Source: Candidatus Poribacteria bacterium (GTDB taxonomy: Bacteria; Poribacteria; WGA-4E; WGA-3G). From it: DNA of 64,000 bases. Positions within the stretch are counted from its first letter, which is position 1. Each line of letters opens with the position of its first letter. Below, one piece after another: positions 43,550 to 51,284 of the stretch. Both the position numbers and the translations under genes were made by a program. Under the pieces are notes generated by a model. That model did no database searches, was not told where the DNA came from, and saw only the letters and a list, made by a program, of their open reading frames with translations. The DNA lies in contig CBDANF010000003.1 of NCBI GenBank assembly GCA_965197475.1, positions 2,816,001 to 2,880,000 on the forward strand, written 5' to 3'.

Positions 43550-44063
43550 CTAATACCCGTATGGAGAATCAGCAGCTGAAATTAAAATTATCCAAAGTCC
43601 CACCATAGTGCCAGTTCCAATAACACATCCTATTGTAGCATGTGTTATTTGGTCGTTTTTCACAAGTTTTTGATAAATGCTTGTGTAATAAGCAACCTGA
43701 TATTTCTCAAAAGCACTCAGAAATCAGTATCTATCTATGGTCTCTCAATACGCGGTTATGAAAATGCTAAAAAATACTAATTGATAAACCTCCATTATGT
43801 GAAAAAAGCACTTTATTTTCAATACAAAATAGAATAAATTGTCCATTAAATGGGTTTTTTATTGGTGTGACAACATACGCAATTAACATACCGGTAACAC
43901 CAAGTAGACAACCAACAGTTCCCCATATTTGAGTGTTTGCAAGTGTTGCATCACGTCGTGCATCAAATATTGCTTGCGCAGCATCACTTGTTTGTTGTGC
44001 AAGTGTGAGATATGGCGTAGTGAATAACATCACAACCATTATAAACGACAAAGTTTTCATCAA
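43550..44063 (-). pseudogene. Passenger membrane gene disrupted by a 165-bp IS-end remnant (43697-43861)
   Basis: Compared with the intact copy at 1054-1443, 41 bp are replaced by 165 bp. Confidence 0.85.
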
Positions 44064-44130
44064 TGTTCCTTTTGTGAGGTAAAATGTGTATGTAGGGGAT
44101 CAAAAGACCCCCTACATGTTTGCAAGCGGA

Positions 44131-44262
44131 TTATTTACACCGCTTGTGAGGTTTGACAGTTTCTTTCACCGTTGTGGCGGGACGGCGTTTGTCCGTGCCT
44201 TTGGGAAGGAACCGTCCGTCTTTGGCATCGCGTACACGCGTGCCAGTGGCTTTTTTAGCCAT
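44131..44262 (-). CDS. IS passenger small basic protein (copy of 1511-1642)
   Basis: Identical sequence. Confidence 0.6.
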   Translation of the reverse strand: MAKKATGTRVRDAKDGRFLPKGTDKRRPATTVKETVKPHKRCK

Positions 44263-44850
44263 AGTATACCTCACTTTGCTTGAGATAAATTGGTGCATAG
44301 CGTATTTCCAGTGCGTTATGCACTGTTCAAGCATATAAAATTGATACGTTAAACGGGTATCGTTCGTAGGTTCGTTTACACCTTTCTATGGGTGAGGGCA
44401 GGACACAACACAAGGAGTGTTGCGATAGAAATCCTGCCCAACGAACTTGAGAATAGTATAACATGGAAAGAATTTGAGTGTCAAGTGAAAAATTTGAGAA
44501 AAAATTTCAAGTCCAAAACTACTCATTGCGTATATTTTTATATATGTTATTGTGAACACATGAAAAAGACTAAGCAACGGGTTTTCCCTCATTTTACGAC
44601 AGAAGTTCTTACGCTTCCAACGACAATTCGGAAATCTTTATCTTTGGCATAGGATCGCTTTCTAAGTACTCACTCATCCATCTGCCTATCCGTTCTTCAC
44701 GACTCGTTTTTCGATTGGCATGAATATACTCAAGGTAATGAGTCGATCACTTGAGGCAAAAAATCATCATGAGTAAGGCCTTGGAGCAATGCGTGGAATT
44801 CGCTACGGACATATCAGCAAGTTTTTCACAAGATTCACCGTTCATGTGTT

Positions 44851-46287
44851 TTGACATACTCCCCCAGCTAAAGCAAGGGGGATTCTTCTAAAAGAGAATC
44901 CCTTGCTTTCAGGTGCGGATTGTGGGTTTCCGACTTCGGTTGAAGTCTGCGAGGGTTGCTTGTGATCGCAAGTCTGATACCCTCTAATCCAAAGGTTAAT
45001 GCCCCAACCTTTACTATGTTTATAGCAGCATTCACGTCTCTGTGGTGATTAGTTGGACAACGATTACAAGTCCATTGACGTATAGACAAGTCCATTAGCA
45101 TTTGCTGTTGTCCGCAGGTGCTACAGTTTTTAGAAGTCGCTTCAAACCTATCAATATGATAGATTTCTTTACCATGTTTTGTGGCTTGGTGTTTCAACTT
45201 CAGGTGGAATGCATAGGGCGCAATATCAGAGACTTTACGCCCCCATAGACGCTTCATGCCTTCAAAGGTAAGCGTTTCAAAGCAGAGTGCGTCATATTTA
45301 TGGACAAACTGCTTGGCAAGTTTCCAATGGTGGTCGTCTCGTTTACGCCTGATTTTACGGTGAACACGTGCAGCGTCTTTTCGTGAACGCTCACGATTAT
45401 TGCTACCTTTAACTTTGCGTGAATGTTTGCGTTGTGCTTTCGTCAGTGCTGCCATAGAAGTTTTATAGAATTCAGGGGATGCGTAGAGTGTGCCGTCAGA
45501 ACAGGTGAACATTGTCTTCATACCGAAGTCAAACCCTGCAGCATGACCCGTCTTAGGTAGGACTTCGGAAACAGTGGGGTCTGACACGACAGACATATAG
45601 AAATCACCGAGACTATCTTCCTTTATCGTGATCGTTTTGATATTACCGAGTATAGGACGGCTAAGATTAAAACGATAGTATTTATCCTGTATCCGAACCT
45701 TATCACCATAGAAACCATAACCAGAGGGTGACAGAGTGAACGAATATGGCTTTCGCCATGAACGGAACTTAGGTGGACGCTTGGCAATACCGTCAAAGAA
45801 ACGCTTATGGTTTCCTATATGCAACCTTTTCAGTATCTGCCGGGCTGCCCACGAATCTAACTCACGCCAATGGGCAAACACTTCAGGGTGTGCCGGACGC
45901 AATATAGTGAACTGCCGAGACATTTCGTTATAGGACATATACGGCAGTCCAAGAGCGTAGCGAGCCCGTTGCCAGCCTAAAAAGTAGTTCCATATATCGT
46001 GTGCTATCCACGTTAATCGCTTCAAATTACGATTACGTCTCGCACGAAAAAGTTTGTCCAATGTGCTATACATGGTATATCAAGTATCAAGTTTTTAACC
46101 CCTAATGAGTGAGTAGGCAGACACGTAACCTTGCGATTACGCTCATTATGTCTGCCAACTTGATACTCTAATTATACTACATTTTAGACCGAAAATCAAA
46201 CCTTTTTCTACAAATGTTTGGTCTAATTAACGAGGGCGAGACTGTATCCCCGCCTTAAAAGGCGAGGTTTTAGTCTCGGAGGTTTTG
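44851..46287 (-). mobile_element. IS200/IS605-family TnpB-only (IS1341-like) element
   Basis: Minus-strand right end ...GGGGGAGTATGTCAA with hairpin. Left-end hairpin CCCCGCCTTAAAAGGCGAGG, preceded by TTTAT. No tnpA. Confidence 0.88.
44868..46073 (-). CDS. tnpB: RNA-guided endonuclease TnpB, RuvC triad apparently intact
   Basis: GFDFGMK (D), LCFETL (E), Zn finger CSTC...CNRC, HRDVNAA (D). Confidence 0.92.
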   Translation of the reverse strand: MYSTLDKLFRARRNRNLKRLTWIAHDIWNYFLGWQRARYALGLPYMSYNEMSRQFTILRPAHPEVFAHWRELDSWAARQILKRLHIGNHKRFFDGIAKRPPKFRSWRKPYSFTLSPSGYGFYGDKVRIQDKYYRFNLSRPILGNIKTITIKEDSLGDFYMSVVSDPTVSEVLPKTGHAAGFDFGMKTMFTCSDGTLYASPEFYKTSMAALTKAQRKHSRKVKGSNNRERSRKDAARVHRKIRRKRDDHHWKLAKQFVHKYDALCFETLTFEGMKRLWGRKVSDIAPYAFHLKLKHQATKHGKEIYHIDRFEATSKNCSTCGQQQMLMDLSIRQWTCNRCPTNHHRDVNAAINIVKVGALTFGLEGIRLAITSNPRRLQPKSETHNPHLKARDSLLEESPLL

Positions 46288-46900
46288 ATAAAAGAGGGAC
46301 AATTTTGGAGGATTCTTTATCGCATATTTCACGCGTGCACAGGCTTGGCAGCGGCACCGCATTTTTCAGAGAGGGGTTTTCGGTAGATAGACAACGTCTA
46401 AAATAGGGACGGAAAGTTTTTTTACATCACGATACCCGATTCCTATTTTCGTTTTCATGTAAAATACAGAAAAAGTTGTCAGATCAAATCACCTAACCGT
46501 ATGGGTTTATCCAATGTGTCAAAATTCACACATAAAACAGTTATACAACGCTATTAGTGAGATTTTGGATACCGAATTCTGCGTGTTTGATAAAATATCA
46601 ATACCAAAAGAAATAATACTCAAAACGCCCAACCATAGTGCTTTCCCGTAATCAAGAAACTTCTGATTTCAATGTAAGCGTTTCGGTGTCAACAGCAGTG
46701 ACTTTCACCAGTTTCAATCTCGTAATCGAGTAACTTCTGATTTCAATATTGAGCAGATTATCAATCCTCCGCCTGAATATGTGAAGTTTCAATCTCGTAA
46801 TCGAGTAACTTCTGATTTCAATATGAACATCATGACGACACAGACACAATCAATTGCTATGATGTTTCAATCTCGTAATCGAGTAACTTCTGATTTCAAT

Positions 46901-47180
46901 TCATCATGGAGTGGTCGTAAGTATGCTCGGCAGCCTGGATAATCTGATGGATATATGGATAGTCTTCAGCGATTTCGCTATACCAGCCGTCTTTGACATC
47001 TTCGTCTGTCCAGATGTCCTTGAATTCTGCGCCTTCTGCGGGTGAGCCGATGGGGGCTTTGTATTGTTTCTTTGTGTTGAAAGGTGGATCAAGGTATATG
47101 AGATCCACCGTTTCGGAGTTCATGCCACGCATGATGTTAAGGTTGTCGGCGATGAAGAGGGTGCGGTTTTGGAGGTTCAT
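46901..47180 (-). pseudogene. N-terminal fragment of an N6/N4 DNA methyltransferase cut at the CRISPR repeat
   Basis: NRTLFIADNL...DLIYLDPPFNT. The stop codon is supplied by the repeat. Confidence 0.85.
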
Positions 47181-47190
47181 ATCATAAATA

Positions 47191-47457
47191 TTACGACAGT
47201 ATCTTAATATCTAAAAGTTCAAATCCTATACCTTCAGAACTTATATCAACAGTCACTGGTATAGGTTTCATTGAAGGAAGAACATCTTCTATAAGTTTCT
47301 CATTTCTTGTATAAAGCATTAACTGATGTTCCGCATCATTCTTAGGAGGGAAAAAGCGAAAAAAAAGACCGAAAAGAGGACCCGTATTTGTATTATATTG
47401 GTAAACATCAGTTATGGATCCTGTTAATGTACCTCTATTTGGATATATAAAAGACAT
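47191..47457 (-). CDS. Hypothetical protein (88 aa) in the CRISPR-bracketed insert
   Basis: AGGAG RBS, complete ORF. Confidence 0.65.
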   Translation of the reverse strand: MSFIYPNRGTLTGSITDVYQYNTNTGPLFGLFFRFFPPKNDAEHQLMLYTRNEKLIEDVLPSMKPIPVTVDISSEGIGFELLDIKILS

Positions 47458-47521
47458 CTATTTCTCCTTATTGAAGGTTGTCGGCTATGAAGAGGGTGCG
47501 GTTAGGGATTTGTTGGTTCAT

Positions 47522-47983
47522 TTATCGCCATGTTTGAAGTCTTTTATCAAAATTATTAGCTTCTGCTATACACCAAGCAGGTAAGTCGTCTTTAGACCAA
47601 TGAGCGGGGCTTAGTTCGACAGAGTAAACTGGTATACCAGGTGCGACAAAATCATAAATTGCAAAATAAAACTTAGGCACACGTCGTTGTAAAGATGAAG
47701 CAATTGAAACCCATTGGTCTTTTGTGCCATCTTTGAATTTAATACCAAGAACAGTCACAAAAATACGCCATTCCCAATCATCGTTTTTACCAACAATGAC
47801 AACATCGCCTAATGCGCGTAGTTCTCGCTTAAGATGGCTTTCAATTATAATTTGTTCAGTTTTATCTTCTTTTTTTGCATGGACATACACATACACCTTG
47901 AATGTCTTAGGTTCAGGAGCGTAGGCGTTGCCTATGAATACAGCGGAGAGTAGAAGGATTGTGAGTACTAATGATCGTTTCAT
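47522..47983 (-). CDS. Secreted hypothetical protein (153 aa) in the CRISPR-bracketed insert
   Basis: Signal peptide MKRSLVLTILLLSAVFIGNAYA. Confidence 0.72.
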   Translation of the reverse strand: MKRSLVLTILLLSAVFIGNAYAPEPKTFKVYVYVHAKKEDKTEQIIIESHLKRELRALGDVVIVGKNDDWEWRIFVTVLGIKFKDGTKDQWVSIASSLQRRVPKFYFAIYDFVAPGIPVYSVELSPAHWSKDDLPAWCIAEANNFDKRLQTWR

Positions 47984-48060
47984 GGATCACCTTTTATGAA
48001 GAGGGTGCGGTTAGGAATTTGCAGAGGCATAGGAGAAGTTTACATTGTGTGTTATGGTCA

Positions 48061-48444
48061 TTATTTTTCAAAGTTGCTATCTGAGGACACTGGAATACGA
48101 GTACCAATAACACCGTATCCATCATATCCTTCGATCGGTTTTGACTCACCATCCTTTTCAGAACGAAGATCGTATATTTGCTTGCCAGATCTAATTGCAC
48201 TGATTATCTTTTCAAATAAAATCAGACAATCATCTTTACTATGAAAGCCTGCAAAAATATAATAAGTCTCAGAATCATTTGAGAATTTGCCATCATGGAA
48301 TTTTTGAACACCTAAACAGTATGCATCTTTATCGTTAGACTCTTTTACTTTATAAACAACGATTGAGTCATGATTATTTATATTGATAGCAAGAGTATCA
48401 ATAAATTCATTTCTTGTATAAGAATGTTCCAATATTATTAACAT
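48061..48444 (-). CDS. Hypothetical protein (127 aa) in the CRISPR-bracketed insert
   Basis: GAGGTG RBS, complete AT-rich ORF. Confidence 0.62.
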   Translation of the reverse strand: MLIILEHSYTRNEFIDTLAININNHDSIVVYKVKESNDKDAYCLGVQKFHDGKFSNDSETYYIFAGFHSKDDCLILFEKIISAIRSGKQIYDLRSEKDGESKPIEGYDGYGVIGTRIPVSSDSNFEK

Positions 48445-48515
48445 GCTAATTCACCTCTTACAGAATTAAATATATTGCATTAAAGCATTAACAAAATAGT
48501 TAATCCACTTAAATT

Positions 48516-48748
48516 ATGCCAACACCACAAGATGTTATCTGGGAAAGGGATTTAATACCTTACATACATGTCACACTGCTGGGTGAGGACATCACAGCCG
48601 ATTTGCTTTCAGAAAACAATCAAGGTATTGAGGGTATAGAACTGACGCTTGATTATCCGCAACTGAACGTTTTCAAAGCATCGAACATTATCCTTACACT
48701 TGCGAACGATGATGGACGTTTCTCACCTGATAACACCAGCAACTTTTT
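48516..48748 (+). pseudogene. N-terminal fragment of a probable phage tail/structural protein cut at the CRISPR repeat
   Basis: LTLANDDGRFSPDN resembles phage minor tail proteins (inference). The ORF then runs into the repeat sequence. Confidence 0.5.
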
Positions 48749-48785
48749 GTTTCAATCTCGTAATCGAGAAACTTTTGATTCCAAC

Positions 48786-49045
48786 TTACGTCTCGCACGA
48801 AAAAGTTTGTCCAATGTGCTATACATGGTATATCAAGTATCAAGTTTTTAACCCCTAATGAGTGGGTAGGCAGACACGTAACCTTGCGATTACGCTCATT
48901 ATGTCTGCCAACTTGATACTCTAATTATACTACATTTTAGACCGAAAATCAAACCTTTTTCTACAAATGTTTGGTCTAATTAACGAGAGCGAGACTGTAT
49001 CCCCGCCTTAAAAGGCGGGGATACAGTCTCGGAGGTTTTGATAAA
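48786..49045 (-). mobile_element. Truncated second copy of the tnpB element: left end, upstream region and first ~14 codons
   Basis: Matches 46033-46292 (offset 2753) with about 6 differences. Starts at the base after the repeat. Confidence 0.9.
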
Positions 49046-49345
49046 TACAACATATCCTAATACAATCCATCAGTGAGATCAATGTTTTTAGAATATTAAT
49101 GAATATTTACTATTTCTTCAAACAATTGGATAAAAGAGTCGGAACCACGTCACTAATCGGTTGAGAACAATCAGGGATTCTAACCTAACGCATTGGATAA
49201 CGGTTAACACATGCGCGTTTCAGAGATCGCAGTTCCGACCCACCTAAGGAGGCATATTTAGTAATCCGCAATTTCTATGCCAACGGAAAAGGGTGGCATT
49301 CGGTGGAGCGTGCCCTGCTACTTTTAAGGACACACTTCATCTATT

Positions 49346-50251
49346 TTAATTTGAATCCGAAAGTTCTTCTCCAACAATTAGCCGATATGCCTCTCGGTAT
49401 TTCTCGCTCGTTTTAGTAATCACAGTGTCCGGTAACTCAGGTGCTGGCGGTTGCTTGTTCCATCCGATCTCAGAAAGATAATCCCGAACAAACTGCTTGT
49501 CAAAACTTTGTTGTGGCTTTCCGGGTTCATATAAAGCGGCGGGCCAAAACCTTGAGGAATCAGGTGTAAACACTTCATCAATCAAGATCAATTCACCCTC
49601 TCGTTCACCGAATTCAAATTTTGTGTCACATAGGATGATACCTGAGTTTTCGGCATGCCTACTTGCCACCTTGAATAGCGCGAAACTGATATCAATTAGT
49701 CGATCGGTCAGATCAGTACCAACCTGATCACGCATTTGGTCAATAGATATTGGTTCGTCATGCTCACCTTGCTCTGCTTTGGTAGTCGGGGTGAATAGAA
49801 GTTCAGGTAGCCGATCCGACTCGCGTAGTCCCGCGGGTAGTTTTTGTCCGCATATTTCTCCTATTTTCTGATACGAAGCCCACCCCGAACCAGCAAGGTA
49901 ACTCCGCACAACACATTCAATATCAACGCGCTTAGCTTTCTTGACAAGCATTGAACGTCCATTTAAAAGGTCAGCATCAGCATGTAATGTGTCGGGATAC
50001 TCTTCGACTTCTGTTGAAATAAGATGGTTTTCTACGACAGATTTGGTGTAATTGAACCAGAATTTTGACAATCCGGTTAAAACTCTGCCTTTATCTGGAA
50101 TACCGTTCGGCAAGACAACATCAAAGGCAGAAATCCGATCAGTAGACACAATCAGAAATTCATCACCGAGATCGTAGAGATCGCGGACTTTACCACGATG
50201 TGCAGGACTTAAGTTTGTTAATTGTGTAGACGTAATAGTTTTTTGAGGCAT
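49346..50251 (-). CDS. purC: SAICAR synthetase
   Basis: HRGKVRDLY, TDRISAFD, DTKFEFG, DEVFTPDSSRFW and SFDKQFVRDYL. Confidence 0.96.
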   Translation of the reverse strand: MPQKTITSTQLTNLSPAHRGKVRDLYDLGDEFLIVSTDRISAFDVVLPNGIPDKGRVLTGLSKFWFNYTKSVVENHLISTEVEEYPDTLHADADLLNGRSMLVKKAKRVDIECVVRSYLAGSGWASYQKIGEICGQKLPAGLRESDRLPELLFTPTTKAEQGEHDEPISIDQMRDQVGTDLTDRLIDISFALFKVASRHAENSGIILCDTKFEFGEREGELILIDEVFTPDSSRFWPAALYEPGKPQQSFDKQFVRDYLSEIGWNKQPPAPELPDTVITKTSEKYREAYRLIVGEELSDSN

Positions 50252-50453
50252 ATTTCTCTCCTAAAAAATTTCTTAAGTATCACATTACTCTTTTAGCAGA
50301 TTTTGAAGCACAACTACAGTCTTTACCACGATGTGCAGGACTTAAGTTTGTTAATTGTGTAGACGTAATAGTTTTTTGAGGCATATTTCTCTCCTAAAAA
50401 ATTTCTTAAGTATCACATTACTCTTTTAGCAGATTTTGAAGCACAACTACAGT
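50188..50453. repeat. Perfect 133-bp tandem duplication
   Basis: 50188-50320 = 50321-50453. Spans the TPR gene 3' end, the intergenic region and the purC 5' end. Confidence 0.9.
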
Positions 50454-51008
50454 TCTATTTTTCGCATCAATTTTTAGCACTTTCTCAATCTCTTGTTTTG
50501 CATGCTGATTTTTACCGAGATAGTAGTAGCACGCTGCCTTAAGTGCATGAAGTTCTGCTTCAGAGTGATAATCGTGCCGATACAAGTATTGTGCATCAGC
50601 CTGCAATGCGTTATCTATTGCACGGATTGCCGATTCAAAATCGGAATTATCTTTATATCGTAAGTATAGCACATTCGCTAAACCAACCCAAGCGTCCCCG
50701 TTAGATGGATCAAATCGCACAGCATTTTGGAAACCTTCTTGTGCAAGGGAAAGAGAGAGCCCAAGACTTAGATTACTCCAACCGACTCCGTTGTGTGCAT
50801 CACCAAATTCAGGATCAGTGTTGAGGGCGCGTTCAAAACTCAATAAAGCTTGGGTATAATTGCCTGAATAATAAGAACGCCATCCTTGCTGAGTATGATT
50901 TAAAGCGGTTGACGCTCCATTGTCAGAATCACTTGAACAACCAACTTGTATTAAAAGTGAGAATATAAGAAAAAAGATGGACAGAACGATATAAATTTGG
51001 CGCGTCAT
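50418..51008 (-). CDS. TPR lipoprotein
   Basis: Signal ending QVGC, TPR motifs (ALNTDPEFGDAHNGVG). Confidence 0.8.
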   Translation of the reverse strand: MTRQIYIVLSIFFLIFSLLIQVGCSSDSDNGASTALNHTQQGWRSYYSGNYTQALLSFERALNTDPEFGDAHNGVGWSNLSLGLSLSLAQEGFQNAVRFDPSNGDAWVGLANVLYLRYKDNSDFESAIRAIDNALQADAQYLYRHDYHSEAELHALKAACYYYLGKNQHAKQEIEKVLKIDAKNRTVVVLQNLLKE

Positions 51009-51284
51009 GTATGCTTTACTAAAGTTTGGACAATTTCTGTCTGTTTCATGTTGTGTTCTCAAGTCCTTTCTATTTTTCTACGAGTTTTGTGCAAAGTTGT
51101 AACTCACAGAAAAACTATTATAGGTTCAGCAAAGGCAGCCCCAGCGGGGCGAAATGTTTATCAATAAATCTTATATTGATGTCTGAGGTGTTTCTATTGA
51201 TCTTGACTATCACTCAAGAACTCTAAAAATTGTCCAAAGTATAGTATGCTTTAAAGATCAAAAGTAAACTTGCTAATCTCATGT

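Larger units (their letters stand above)
42111..44530 (+). mobile_element. IS1595-family element with passenger genes, copy 2 (2420 bp)
   Basis: Perfect 24-bp TIR CGCAATGAGTAGTTTTGGACTTGA at 42111-42134 and 44507-44530. No TSD. Confidence 0.93.
46637..48785 (-). CRISPR. Cas-less CRISPR array: 5 repeats (37 bp), 3 normal spacers (37, 38, 41 bp) and one 1848-bp interval
   Basis: GTTTCAATCTCGTAATCGAGTAACTTCTGATTTCAAT identical at 46711-46747, 46786-46822 and 46864-46900. Degenerate copy at 46637-46673, 4-mismatch variant at 48749-48785. The minus strand ends in ATTGAAAC with a CTCG-ATTA-CGAG hairpin. Confidence 0.9.

Noticed and set aside
44555-44564. AACACATGAA match to the TnpB guide seed
   Set aside because: Only 10 nt and not preceded by TTTAT, so probably chance.
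44868-46073. Calling this protein Cas12f/type V effector
   Set aside because: It retains both IS ends and a second left-end copy exists. No cas1/2/4 and no tracrRNA-like anti-repeat were noticed.
46293-46636. AT-rich stretch as the CRISPR leader
   Set aside because: It adjoins the degenerate repeat, and the ATTGAAAC end points the array the other way, so it is more likely trailer. Not proven.
46652-46849. 65-aa ORF with repeated IEIRSYSITRLKL
   Set aside because: It is a translation of the CRISPR repeats.
46674-46863. Self-targeting by the three normal spacers
   Set aside because: No match found by eye in the window. A computational search is still needed.
49100-49340. Possible structured ncRNA downstream of purC
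   Set aside because: Some complementarity (GTCGGAAC...GTTCCGAC) but no recognisable family. No tRNA or rRNA was seen in the window.
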